From positions 28,954,001 through 29,018,000 of the forward strand of contig OZ024756.1 in NCBI GenBank assembly GCA_964016885.1: a stretch of DNA of 64,000 bases, written 5' to 3'. The position numbers were made by a program, and so were the translations under genes. Every line of letters starts with the position of its first letter. Position 1 is the stretch's first letter. Below the pieces are notes generated by a model. It ran no database searches, had not been told where the DNA came from, and saw only the letters and a list, made by a program, of their open reading frames with translations. This DNA is from Eledone cirrhosa. Lineage: Eukaryota. Positions 14,021 through 29,350 of the stretch are shown here, piece by piece.

Positions 14021-14137
14021 CTTAAAAACTTAAAACCACAACTGAATACTAACCCATACAATTACTAATACTCTTTTATTCCTAATTAAACCATTTTTCA
14101 ACTGTGAACAATTTGTCAGCATTTTCTATTCCGTTTA

Positions 14138-14183
<46 letters not shown>

Positions 14184-14185
<2 letters not shown>

Positions 14186-14686
14186 ACAGCACAGACTCCA
14201 CTACAGCAATGAAGAGGCGGATTTTCAGGTCTCTACGAAGGTCCGACTTCCACACCGATCTCAAGCTGTGACACGCCGCCCAGGCCTTGCTCTTCCTCTC
14301 AACCACATCATCTTCCGTATTCCCAATCTTTGCTCCCAAATACAGGAAGTCCTCAACCAATTCCAGCGGCTTCCCGCCTACATTAGTGATCCCCTCTGGC
14401 TTCTCAACATTCTCTACCAGATATTTTGTTTTAGTCTCATTCATTCTCAGCCCCACACTCATCGTGGACATGCTCACCGACATCCAGAGTTGACATTGCA
14501 CTCAGTGCTCCTTTGGGAGCCCCTACATGGGCACACTAGAAGAGGAAGACCAAGGTTAACATATGTTGATGCCCTAAGGACAGACACTGGTCTGTTGGAG
14601 ATGCAGGATATGGCAGCGATAATGAGGGACAGTGACCGCTGGAGAGAACTCGTCCATGGATCTCGGGAATTTTACCCGCCTTAGAT
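14184..14686. mobile_element. RTE-clade LINE insertion with 5' inversion
   Basis: Minus 14184-14464: VGLRMNETKTKYL..EDFLYLG..LKIRLFIAVVESVLLY. Plus 14465-14684: GHAHRH..LLWEPLHG..RGRPRLTYVD..W. Confidence 0.85.
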
Positions 14687-14696
14687 ATATATATAT

Positions 14697-15135
14697 GTGT
14701 GTTTCTAAATATATTAATAACTCCCTCTGGTCGAGCAATCTTTGAGGTGTGGGGACAACTGGAAAGCTTCCATTACTCACACTTCTCGCCTTCTTCACTA
14801 CCTCTTCTACGGCCTCGATATGAATGCCCCCTCCGCCTCCGTGGTATTTTCTTCGTGGTTATAAGAGGCTTAGCTCTGTTTCTCGACCGTTATATCGCGT
14901 GACTATCTCCCCCTCCGCCTTTTGGGATTCTTTCTCACGTCGTGTAGACGCGTTCTTGAGACTAGTAAAATGAGGTATCCTCTTGATAAGTCGGCAGACC
15001 TCGCAAGGACTCTATATCTTTGATATATTGTTTTTGTTTATGCCACGAAACTACGTAGTCGAGGAATTTAGGAACAGTTTAGGTATGATACATTTTATTA
15101 CTAATTATATCTAAATGTTTCTTCTCTCTTCATAA
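14697..15135 (+). mobile_element. TA-flanked hammerhead-bearing element family U
   Basis: Near-identical inverted copy at 44494-45030; truncated copy at 25236-25420. Confidence 0.8.
14978..15065 (+). ncRNA. Type-I hammerhead ribozyme, U3-A8 compensatory core
   Basis: tcctc-TTGATAA-gt(c)ggca..tgccac-GAAA-ctacgtag-TC-gagga; GUC cleavage triplet. Confidence 0.75.
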
Positions 15136-15224
15136 TGTATATATATATATGTATATATATAAAGAATATTGTTTTTAGATATAAAAACTGGAAAGAAGTT
15201 GGTGGAGAAGTTAAAACAGTTCAT

Positions 15225-16312
15225 ATATATATATATGTGTTTGTGTGTGTATGTATGTGCATTTGTGTGTCTATGTATGTATGTGTGTGTGTGTGTGTGT
15301 GCATGTGTATTATGTGTATGTGTTTGTGTGTGTATGTATGTGCATTTGTGTGTGTATGTATGTATGTGAGTGTGTGTGTGTGTGTGCATGTGTATTATGT
15401 GTATGAGTTTGTGTGTGTATGTATGTGCATTTGTGTGTCTATGTATGTATGTGTGTGTATTATGTGTATGTGTTTGTGTGTGTATGTATGTGCATTTGTG
15501 TGTGTGCATGTGTATTATGTGTATGTGTTTGTGTGTGTATGTATGTGCATTTGTGTATGTATGTATGTGAGTGTGTGTGTGTGTGTGCATGTGTATTATG
15601 TGTATGAGTTTGTGTGTGTATATATGTGCATTTGTTTATGTATGTATGTATGTGAGTGTGTGTGTGTGTGTGTGCATGTGTATTATGTGTATGAGTTTGT
15701 GTGTGTATGTATGTGCATGTGTATTATGTGTATGTGTTTGTGTGTGTATGTATGTGTATTTGTGTATGTATGTATGTGAGTGAGTGTGTGTGTGTGCATG
15801 TGTATTATGTGTATGAGTTTGTGTGTGTATGTATGTGCATTTGTGTATGTATGTATGTGAGTGTGTGTGTGTGTGTGCATGTGTATTATGTGTATGAGTT
15901 TGTGTGTGTATGTATGTGCATTTGTGTATGTATGTATGTGAGTGTGTGTGTGCATGTGTATTATGTGTATGTGTTTGTGTGTGTATGTATGTGCATTTGT
16001 GTGTGTATGTATGTGAGTGTGTGTGTGTGTGTGTGTGTGCATGTGTATTATGTGTATGAGTTTGTGTGTGTATGTATGTGCATTTGTGTATGTATGTATG
16101 TGAGAGTGTGTGTGTGTGTGTGTGCATGTGTATTATGTGTATGAGTTTGTGTGTGTATGTATGTGCATTTGTGTATGTATGTATGTGAGTGTGTGTGTGT
16201 ATTATGTGTATGTGTTTGTGTGTGTATGTATGTGAGTGTGTGTGTGTGTGTGTGCATGTGTATTATGTGTATGTGTTTGTGTGTGTATGTATGTGCATTT
16301 GTGTATGTATGT

Positions 16313-16345
<33 letters not shown>

Positions 16346-16382
16346 CATGTGAATTATGTGTATGAGTTTGTGTGAGTGTATG
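15225..16382. repeat. (TG)-rich minisatellite, unit about 60 bp
   Basis: Recurrent gcatgtgtattatgtgtatgagtttg. Confidence 0.85.
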
Positions 16383-16607
16383 TACTCTTTTACCGACTTC
16401 GGTTATTAAACTACGGCCATGCTGGGATACTGCATACTGCCTGCAAGGCGTTTAGTCAGTGGTGTTGTAAGTGCATGTGTATATTTGACACGAAATGCAA
16501 AGTTAGTGCACACAATTATATTTAGTAGAGCTACACAAGCAAGGGTCGGCTGCTCGTTAAAATAATCACCGGCATTCGTCAATACTAAAGAAGAGAGAGA
16601 AAGAATG

Positions 16608-16658
<51 letters not shown>

Positions 16659-16695
16659 TTACTTATATGTGTGTATATATATGTGTGTGTATATA

Positions 16696-16736
<41 letters not shown>

Positions 16737-16943
16737 ATATATATATATATATTTACTTATATGTGTATATATATATGTGTGTGTATATATATGTATATAT
16801 ATATATATATATACACACATATTTACTTATATGTGTATATATATATGTGTGTGTATATATATATATATATATACATACGTACATATTTACTTATATGTGT
16901 ATATATATGTGTGTGTGTGTGTGTATATATATGTGTGTGTGTG

Positions 16944-16996
<53 letters not shown>

Positions 16997-17008
16997 GTAA
17001 TATATATG

Positions 17009-17041
<33 letters not shown>

Positions 17042-17464
17042 GTAATATATATATATATATATATATATATAATGTAAATAAGTATATATATATATAGAGA
17101 GAGAGAGAGATATATATAGAGAGAGAGAGGGGGGAGTGTGATATACAGTATAAATAAAGAGAGATGGGGGGGGGGCAGTGAGAGAGAGAGAGAGTGTGTG
17201 TGTGTGTGTATGTAGATGAGGAAGTGAAAGGAAGAGGGGCAAGAGATGGAGAGAGGCGGTGGAAGAGAGAGAGAGAGACAGAGATGAGAAGGAGGGGGGG
17301 TGTATTCAGAGGGCATTTGGTACATTTAATGTCTCTCTAGATATCTCTAGTATGTAATAGTGGTGGGTTGGCAATATCCAATATCGCCAAAAGGAATGTT
17401 TTCTGGTATCACTTCCAACTTTCTCTGTTCAAGGTTCAAATTCTACCAAGGTGAGTCTTCCTCA

Positions 17465-17664
17465 CCGTCTCTCTCTCTCTCTCTCTCTGTCTCTGTCTCT
17501 CTCTCTCTCTCTCTTTCACTTTCTTTCTCTCTTTTACTTTCTCTCCCCCTCAGTCAAACACATACACACTCATTCTCTCTTGCTCTCTCTCACTCTCTCA
17601 CTCACTGACTCACTCTCTCTCCCTCTCTCTCAAACACATACACACTCATTCTATCTTGCTCTCG

Positions 17665-17698
<34 letters not shown>

Positions 17699-17864
17699 CT
17701 ATCTATACTCACTCACTCTCTCTCCCTCTCTCTCAAACACATACACACTCATTCTCTCTTGCTCATTCTCTCTCTCTCTCTCTCTCAAACACATACACAC
17801 TCATTCTCTCTTGCTCTCTCTCTCTCTCTCTCTCTCTCAAACACATACACACTCATTCTCTCTT

Positions 17865-17900
<36 letters not shown>

Positions 17901-18080
17901 ACTCACTCTCTCTCTCTCTCACTCTCTCACTCACTCACTCACTCTCTCTCTCCCTCTCTCTCAAACACATACACACTCATTCTATCTTGCTCTCGCTTTC
18001 ACTCTCTCTCCCTCTCTCTCAAACACATACACACTCATTCTCTCTCTCTCTCCCTCTCTCTCAAACACATACACACTCAT

Positions 18081-18154
<74 letters not shown>

Positions 18155-18290
18155 CTTTCACACACTCATTCTCTTTCTCTCTCTCATTTACTCTCTCTCC
18201 TCTCACACACATATTCATTCTTCCCCCCTCTCTTTCTCTCAAACACACACACACACATCCCCCCCCCTCTCTCTCAGTCTCTCTTTCTCG
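17465..18290. repeat. (CT)-rich minisatellite
   Basis: Recurrent ctcaaacacatacacactcattct. Confidence 0.85.
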
Positions 18291-18658
18291 TTCCCTTATT
18301 CTCTGGAAGAAATCAGCCCTGTTCAGACTTTGAGAGAGTGGTGTATTCCGCCAGTTTTAAATGGGCATGACATGCTGGCACCCTATATCACAACGGCACC
18401 CAAACGACTCCACCAAGAGTTACTGGACCGTGACACGACAACGTATGGCAAGGCACCACATAGTAGGTAATATTACCGTATATACTCGTGTAAAAGTCGA
18501 AATCTTTAGACCTTATATTAAGGTTACATTTATGAGTTCGACTATTACGTGGATGTCGCCAGCTTATGTTCTGAAAGCGTTGAAGTAGGTGAGTGTAGGT
18601 GCCATCAAGGGGCTTTTTTGTTTTTGTTTGTATGAAAGCGTCCATGTTTCACTTCCAT

Positions 18659-18949
18659 ATAGTAAGAGGCTGAGGTTGGCTGGACATGCTGAGGAGACTG
18701 AGGTTGGCTGGACATGCTCACCGACATCCAGAGTTGACATTGCACTCAGTGCTCCTTTGGGAGCCCCTACATGGACACACTAGAAGAGGAAGACCAAGGT
18801 TAACATATGTTGATGCCCTAAGGACAGACACTGGTCTGCTGGAGATGCAGGATATGGCAGCGATAATGAGGGACAGAGACCGCTGGAGAGAACTCGTCCA
18901 TGGATCTCGGGAATTTTACCCGCCTTAGATAGATAGATAGATAGTAAGA
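18659..18949 (+). mobile_element. RTE LINE 3' end, same family as 14465-14684
   Basis: RLRLAGHAHRH..; (AGAT)n tail; target-site duplication atagtaaga. Confidence 0.85.
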
Positions 18950-18984
18950 TTGGTTGAATTGTTACTTGGAAGAGTCATCTGACT

Positions 18985-19290
18985 TTGAGAGAGATATATG
19001 CCGGCCTCCAACGCATATCTGTCGTTGTACGTAAAAGGAGAGTAAGATTTTCTGGCCACTTCCATCGTGCCACCTACGATGCTGTGACCCCATTAGTGCT
19101 TTGGAAACCACAAGCAGTCGTTAATAACAGGCGGGGTGGGATCTCTCCTATCCCGATGTCATCTCCAGAGATTCTGGTGTTGAAATCCAGGACTTGGCAA
19201 CGGCAATGAACGACAGACCCACGTGGAGATCAATTGTTGAGTCCATTTCGGCTGAGACTGCCGGATGATGATGATGCGGATGATGATTAT
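18985..19290 (+). mobile_element. RTE-like LINE 3' fragment
   Basis: RRVRFSGHFHR..LVLWKP..; (GAT)n tail. Confidence 0.7.
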
Positions 19291-19624
19291 ATGGATACTA
19301 GTTTCGAGGGACTTGAAATTCAAGCTAGAATCCAAAGTACTGTATCAGTAGCAGAGGCTCAACTGACCTCTAAACGAATAAAAACAAAAACACAATGAAT
19401 TACGGTAATATTACAGATTCTATGCACCAAAACACACGTCCTTGTAAATAGCGAAATCCATAACCAAGGCAAACGTTTGGGTACATTTTTAGTTTCAGGC
19501 ATGTATTTGCAATGATATAAATTTGCCTTAAATTCATGACGATTTTGTAACAGAGTTATTTCTACCTACAGGATGATACCTTGCCTCACAAATGTTGACC
19601 TGTAATCCGTGAAATACTAGGATC

Positions 19625-19980
19625 GATATATTACGAGGCCTATGGAAAATTCCAGATTTTTTTGACAAAAATAGGGGGCGACTTTTTGCGAGGTCTATAG
19701 AAAATTCCAGATTTTTTTGGCCAAAAATAAGGGGGAGGGGGACTTTTTACGAGGTTTATGGAAAATTCGAGATTTTTTTGGTAAAAAATAGGGGTCGACG
19801 TTTTACGAGGTTTATGGAAAATTCGAGACTTTTTGGTCAAAAGTAGGAAGTCGACTTTTTACGAGGTCTATGGAAAATTCCAGATTTTCAGGTCAAAAAT
19901 ATGGGGTGACATTTTACGAGGTCTGTAGAAAATTCGAGATTTTTTTGGTAAAAAATAGAGATTGTTTTTTTACACGAGAT
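19625..19980. repeat. About 61-bp subterminal tandem repeat, about 6 copies
   Basis: Unit ttacgaggtctatggaaaattccagattttttt..gggtcgact. Confidence 0.8.
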
Positions 19981-20023
19981 CGACCATTACTCGAATATAT
20001 ACGGTAATTTCTGATATCTCTTA

Positions 20024-20238
20024 GGCGGTGAAATGGCAGTATCATTAGAAGGTCGGTATGTATTATGATATTTTATGTTCTGAGTTCAAATCCCCCCCCC
20101 CCCCCCCCCGAAATCAATTTTGCATTTCAGCCTTCTAGTGTCGATAAAATAAAGTATCAGTTAAGTACTTGGGTCGATATAATCAATTTTCCCCATCCCC
20201 AAATTGCTGGTCTTGTGTCAATGTTAGAAATAATTATT
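20024..20238 (+). mobile_element. SINE family A, diverged
   Basis: Head, central domain and tail recognisable. Confidence 0.7.
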
Positions 20239-20574
20239 TTGTGATGGCTCTACTTACTAACGTATGTATGTATGTATGTTCTTCTGGTTTTATAATTTCA
20301 CAAATTGTTTCCCAATAGAGAGAGAGAGTCGGTTTCTAACATAGACACAAGACTCTCTCATTGGAATTTACACAACATCAACTAGGTAGATTATGTATGC
20401 ATGCATGTGTAGTTATGGATGCTATTGTATGTGTGGATGTGTATCTTTTGAGTTGTATGTGTGCATGTGTATATGCTTTGTATCTGTACATGTGTATATG
20501 CAGTTATTAGATGCAAAAATTTTGGAACGTTTTACATATTTTGTATGTATGTATGTATGTATGTATGTATGTCT

Positions 20575-21228
20575 GGGAGTGAAGGACCCCTAGCCTTTGT
20601 CAGGGCATTCTTCTAGGAGAAGGCAACTCAGGAAACTGGGATAACTCCGATATAAAACCTGCGGCTCAGTAGTTACCGATGATGTTGATCTTTTCTTCTT
20701 TTCGGGTTATAGCTATTGTCGCTCAGAGAGTGGGATTGGCTCAGTGCACAGTCTTTCCTCACTTTAAAAAATATCTTCACGCACAGGCATTGCACAATAG
20801 AATTAATTAATAATTATTAATAATGGTATATCGTGGAATGGCCATACTCGATAACGAGGGGGCAGCCATCATCATGTATGTATGTATGGAATTCAGGAGA
20901 GTCAACGGCCATCCAATAAAGATTTTTTTTTTTTTTGTGGGGCGAGAGACCTCTAGTCTTCATTAAGACATCTCTCTAGAAGGTCATTTTTATATAAAAC
21001 CTACGAATTCGTTTGCATCTAAGAGAGTTGGATTGGCCCCCGTGAAAAACCTTTCCTCACTTAAAAAAGCTTCAAGCACAGGCATCGCTTGAAATGTGAC
21101 ATTTTTTGCGATGCATGGTATTGCTGACCATAGGAAAGTCCATAGCAGGACTAAAAAGCCACGTCCGAGATCTTATGTTTAAGTATCAAGTGATTGCATT
21201 ACTCGAAATCGAGTTGCAGCCATCATGC
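20575..21228 (+). mobile_element. Two tandem copies of an RTE-dependent non-autonomous element
   Basis: ctaggagaagg..tataaaacct 5' part and tactcgataacgagggggcagccatcatcat 3' end; also at 40098-40545 and 25459-25502 (minus). Confidence 0.55.
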
Positions 21229-21789
21229 ATGTATATATATGTAGGTATTAATTAAATATACAGTATATTGCCAAATATACTATACATACAAATATACTAT
21301 ACATACATTTTAGAGCGCCAATACTAATACCTAATTTTTGCTGGCCCAGCAATCGCTCTGTATAATCAGCTCCTGATTATTACTGGAATTCTATAAGAAT
21401 CCAGCTTCTATAATTCTCGGCAAAGGCAACGGAGCGTGTGGTCTTGATAAACGTTCACAAGCGAGAAACAGGCTGTCTGCCGATCACTCTCTGTTGTTAT
21501 TTGCCGAGAATAAGTAAGTGACATAGTCACTACTTTAAAACTCATAGCGAATGGTCTTCTAAATGTTTTAAATTAAACATACAGTATATTGCCAAATATA
21601 CTATACATACATTCATGTATATATATATATATATATATATGTAGGTATGTATGTTGGAAGTATGTATGTGTGAGGTATGTATGTACGTACGTAAGGACCC
21701 GTAATTCTGGGTAGTTTAGCGCCTTCTTTGCATCGAGAAGTTATGTATATGTGTGAATGTACACACACATACAGAGAGAGAGAGAGAGA

Positions 21790-21832
<43 letters not shown>

Positions 21833-21847
21833 TGTGAGAGAGAGAGA

Positions 21848-21884
<37 letters not shown>

Positions 21885-22734
21885 TGTGTGAGAGAAAGGG
21901 AGAGAAACGCTGACTGTCGGTGTCCCAAATATAATGCATAATTTACAGTAACAAATCGATGTATTTGTATGTAACAGAGTACACAATCGATACATCGATA
22001 TATATATAGATTATCACAGCTGGATACCGATATGCATGAACTGTTGAGCATTCGTCCGAACATATTGTGTTGTACAAGGAAGGAATGGGTCTCCGCCAGT
22101 TTCGTCGATGAACGTTTCAGTTGTTTGATGTCTTTTTCTCCATTTCTTTCTATCTCACTCTCTCTCTCTCTTTCCTTCTCTCTCTTATCCTCCCTCTCTC
22201 CCCTCTCTCTCCTCCTCCCCCTCTCTCTTTCCTTCTTTCTTTTTCTCCCTCTCATCATCCTCCTTCTCTGCTCTCTCTCTCTCTTTTTCTCTCTCTTGCT
22301 CCATCTCATCCTCCCCCTCTCTCTATTTCTCTCTCTCTCTATCTCCTCCTCCGCCTCCTCCTCCTCTCTCTCTCTCTCTTTCTTTCTCTCTCTCTTTCAT
22401 CCTATATCCCTCCGTGTCATTCTCATTCTCTTCATGTCTCCCCCTTTCTATCTTTCCCTCTCTCTCTCTCTCTCTCTCACTCCCCATCACCCCTCCCCCC
22501 CTCTCTCTCTGTTCATCAATTTATCCTGTTAGTGACTGAGCATTCCACAGAAACATGTAGGATTTAACGTAATTCTCTGGAAGAACCTATGTAACACTGT
22601 GGGTGACATTGGGGAGAGCCCTGGGGTAATTCAGGGTTTTGGGGTGGATGGGTGTCGGAGGCTCGTACAAAATTGCCCCCTTTACCCCCCCCCCCCCCCT
22701 CTCCCCATTAACTCAGGCTCTGAGCCGCCAGAAT

Positions 22735-24583
22735 GTTGCTGTTGTTAATAGTGTTGTTGTTGTTGGTAGTGGTGGTGTTGTCGTTGGTGGTGGTGGTGGT
22801 GGTGGTGGTGTTGTTTTTGTTGTTGGTGATGGTAGTGTTGTTGTTGTTGTTGATGGTAGTGTTGTGGGTGTTGTTGTTGTTGTTGTTGTCGTTGTTGGTG
22901 TTAGTGGTGGTGTTGGTTTTGTTGTTGTTGGTGGTGGTGTTCATGGTGTTGTTGGTGGTGGTGGTGGTGGTGGTGGTGTTGTTGTTTTTGGTGGTGTTTT
23001 TGTTGTTGATGGTAGTGTTGTTGTTGTTGTTGTTGGTTGTGGTGTTTTTGTTGTTGTTGTTGTTGGTGTTGTTGTTGGTGTTTTTGTTGTTGTTGATGGT
23101 AGTGTTGTGGGTGTTGTTGTTGTTGTTGTTGTCGTTGTTGGTGATGGTGGTGGTGGTGGTGTTGTTGTTTTTGTGGTTGCTGTTGTTGTTGGTGGTGTTA
23201 GTGGTGGTGTTGGTTTTGTTGTTGGTGGTGGTGTTGTTGTTGTTGGTGATGGTAGTGTTGTTGTTGTTGTTGTTGTTGTGGTTGGTGTTGTTGTTGGTGG
23301 TGTTAGTGGTGGTGTTGGTGGTGGTGGTGGTGTTGGTATTGTTGGTGCTGGTGTTGTTGGTGTTGATGTTGTTGGTGTTGTTGTTATTGATACTGCAGCT
23401 GCTGGTACAATTATCTTTGTTGTTGTTGTTGTTGTTGTTGTTGTTGATATTGTCCCAGCTCATGCCGCACACCCACCAACCGCACAACCACCACACCCAC
23501 CAACTCCGCCACCACCACATCCACCAACTCCGCCGCCACCACCACACCCACCAACCCCGCCGCCACCACCAACTCCAACACCGCCGCCACCACCACCACC
23601 ACAGCTACTACCACCACCACCACCACCACCTCTATCACCACCAACATCACCACCAACACCACCACATCTACCACCACCAACACCAACACCACCACCTCTA
23701 CCACCACCAACACCACCACCAATACGACATCTACCACCACCAATACCACATCTACCACCGCCAATACCACATCTACCACCACCAACACCACCACCTCTAC
23801 CACCACCAACACCACCTCTACTACCACCAACACCACCAACTCTATCACCACCAACACCACATCTACCACCACCTACACCACGACCTCTACCACCACCACC
23901 ACCTACACCACGACCTCTACCACCACCACCACCACACACCGCCACCAACACCACCACATCTACCACCACCAACACCACCACCTCTACCACCACCAACACC
24001 GCATCTACCACCACCAACACCACCACCTCTACCACCACCTCTACTACCACCAACACCACATCTACCACCACCAACACCATCACCTCTACCACCACCAACA
24101 CCACATCTACCACCACCAACACCACCACCTCTACCACCACCAACACCACCACCTCTACCACCACCAACACCACATCTACCACCACCAACACCAACACCTC
24201 TACCACCACCAACACCACCACCAACACCCACACCTCTATCCCCAACACCACCACCTCTACTACCACCAACACCACATCTACCACCACCAACACCACCACA
24301 TCTAACACCACCAACGCCACATCTATCACCACCAACACCACCACCTCTACCACCACCAACACCACCTCTACCACCGCCAACATCACCACCTCTACCACCA
24401 CCAACACCACCACCTCTACCACCACCAACACCACCACCTCTACCACCAGCAACACCACCACCTACCACCACCACCACCACCAACAGCACCACCTCTACCA
24501 CCCCAACACCAACAACACCACCACCTCTACCACCACCACCACCTCTACCACCACCACCACCCTACCACCACCACCACCACCAC
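22735..24583. repeat. (GTT/GGT)n block followed by (CCA)n-type block
   Basis: Direct inspection; strand polarity switches near 23460. Confidence 0.9.
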
Positions 24584-24720
24584 CCGGCATCTTGCATCAT
24601 CCCCCCATATCACCCCACTACGGGTATTGTTACAGGTCATTGACAGAGACACAACAGCCACCATCGGGCAGCTGATAGCAAATGGTGCAACGACCTATGT
24701 CACAAGCGTAGCAGAATGAT
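24584..24720 (+). repeat. Locally triplicated segment of about 130 bp, copy 1
   Basis: Also at 29214-29350 (minus) and 31080-31192 (plus). Confidence 0.9.
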
Positions 24721-24853
24721 ATATATATATATACAGTATATATATATATATATATATACAGTAGATATATACTGTATATATATATATATATACTGTATAT
24801 ATATATATATACTGTATATATATATATATATATATATATACAGTATATATATA

Positions 24854-24891
<38 letters not shown>

Positions 24892-24939
24892 TATATATAT
24901 ACTGTATATATATATATATATATATACAGTATATATATA

Positions 24940-24977
<38 letters not shown>

Positions 24978-24987
24978 TATATATATA

Positions 24988-25057
<70 letters not shown>

Positions 25058-25547
25058 TGTATATATATATATACTGTATATATATATATATACAGTATAT
25101 ATATATATATACTGTATATATATATATACAGTATATATATATCTATATACTGTATATATATATATACAGTATATATATATCTATATATCTATATATATAT
25201 ATATACAGTATATATATATCTATATATCTATATATATTATGAAGAGAGAAGAAACATTTAGATATAATTAGTAATAAAATGTATCATACCTAAACTGCTC
25301 CTAAATTCCTCGACTACGTAGTTTCGTGGCATAAACAAAATTAACTCACAGTTGGGTGCGGATGCATTCATGTATATATGTGTGTGTCCGCATGTATCTG
25401 TGTGTTTCTAAATATATTATATCTATATATATATATATATACAGTATATATATATATGTGATGACTGCCCCCTCGTTATCGAGTATGGCCATTGCACGAG
25501 GAGAAAAAAATATATAAATTAATAAATAAATAAAAAAGAAAAGAAAA

Positions 25548-25620
<73 letters not shown>

Positions 25621-25625
25621 TACAT

Positions 25626-26555
25626 CTGTGGAGAAAGCCCATTAAAAGACCACAGTGGCCCTGACCACCAGGGCAAGTGCCCTCTCCCAGTTTTCCACCT
25701 TTAATTTACAGACACATACTCAGAGAAGGCCCATTCGTTCGGGCCATACTTGCTTCTCTCACCCATCTTTCAACAAAATGCTGGGAAGAGAGCACTTCCC
25801 TCTCTACCCTGATTTTCCTTTTCAAATGAAATTTGAAAAAGTTAATCAGGGCATCACCGAAGAGGTAAGTGCTCGTCTTCAGCCCTTTCAAACGTGTCCA
25901 CCATACTATCTCTTTCGCCATGGCCACCAGACAGATAAAAACTGCCTGCCCTTCCAGGCTAAAGGAAGGGGGCGGGGAAATCCTCACGATGGACTCAGCT
26001 GATAGCTGGATCCGTCCTACACGTGACAGCAGGTGTTCGACATAAACCCACAAGTCACCAATGCTCGGACACTGGACGAGTGCGTGCAGGACGGTTTCGT
26101 CGCCCTGCGCGCATCTCGGACATGCCCGGCTGACGGCACCTCCATGCCTGTAGAGTTTATCCCGAACTTCCAAAGCTCCTCGGTAGCACTGCCAGGCCAG
26201 GGATTTCAGGAAGTTGTCCATAGGCCCCGGCCCGAAAGTCCTTCCGAAGAGATTGGCTAGTTGATTTTCGTCGACGCCTAGAGTTTCTCCAAGTACGTCG
26301 TCGTTCTTCCCCTCCACTAATCCCCTATAGAACGCCAAGGTGGAGTTTCCACCGATCACATTGCCCGATTGGTCGAGGGCTGTGAGCGCCTGAAGACATT
26401 CCAGTCTCCAAGCGCTCCCTCTCGGTCTTCGCTTGACCCAGGACTGCAGCTCCGTCAAGGAGACGAGGTGGGGAAAAACGTGTCTTGCAAACGGCGACCA
26501 CACCTGATCACCGTCGAGGAAGAGGTGGAGATGTCGTAGCCTGAGCGCGAACGAC
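25626..26555 (-). mobile_element. Tx1/L1-type LINE ORF2 C-terminal fragment
   Basis: SLAWQCYRGAL..CPRC..ETVLHALVQCP zinc-knuckle motif. Confidence 0.8.
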
Positions 26556-26640
26556 AACAACAATAATGATATACATATACATATATATATACACATACAC
26601 GCACACACATAAACATATCTATACACACACACGATAGCAA

Positions 26641-27160
26641 CTAACAGCGCTGCGATCGAATGTGGCTTTTTAGCCCAGCCAATGATCTAAAATGTCTTCC
26701 ACAGAGTCGGCAACCAAAACATTCACTGAGAATAGTCGGCTGTGGTTGGAGTTCGTGTACTTTTGCATGTCGCTTGAGCCCTCCCGCTGATTTACATTCT
26801 CTACCACATGTTTGGCAAGCATGATGAGTAGCATCTCCAACAGCAGCCTGGTAGTCAACCACTGGTCTTACTTTATGACTGCGAAGATGACTTTCGAGTC
26901 CAGCTTTGCTTAGGCAGAGTCTCGCACAGACGCTGCATGTCAGCACCATAGGAGGACCCTCGCCGTCTGGAAGTGCAACAGCAATGCCCTTCCTCACATC
27001 CCGCTTTACTTTCTCGTATGCGATTCGAGATGCCTCAAAGGCAACTTTTCCCTCATATACAGTCTTTCTCCATTTATTACGATCAGCAGCATCATTTTCC
27101 CATGTATCAGCAGAGATGTTAGCGTCTTTCAGAGAGGCTTTCAAGGAATCCTTATACCTC
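26641..27160 (-). mobile_element. RTE/BovB-like LINE ORF C-terminus with three C2H2-type zinc fingers
   Basis: RYKDSLKASLK..WENDAADRNKWR followed by CSVC..HLRSH, CQTC..HAKVH, CRLC..HIRSQRC*. Confidence 0.75.
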
Positions 27161-27189
27161 TTTATATATATATATATACCTTATACCTC

Positions 27190-29213
<2,024 letters not shown>

Positions 29214-29350
29214 TCATTCTGCTACGCTTGTGACATAGGTCGTTGCACCATTTGCTATCAGCTGCCCGATGGTGGCTGTTGTGTCTCTGTCAACGACCTG
29301 TAACAATACCCGTAGTGGGGTGATATGGGGGGATGATGCAAGATGCCGGG

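Larger units (their letters stand above)
18476..20004. mobile_element. Tc1/mariner (pogo/Tc2-like) non-autonomous element hosting two LINE fragments
   Basis: TA-flanked TIRs ccgtatatactcgtgtaaaagtcga / tcgaccattactcgaatatatacgg. Confidence 0.6.

Noticed and set aside
22639-24675. 678-aa mucin/extensin-like ORF and overlapping ORFs
   Set aside because: Trinucleotide repeats are open in several frames on both strands; no domain or splice evidence.
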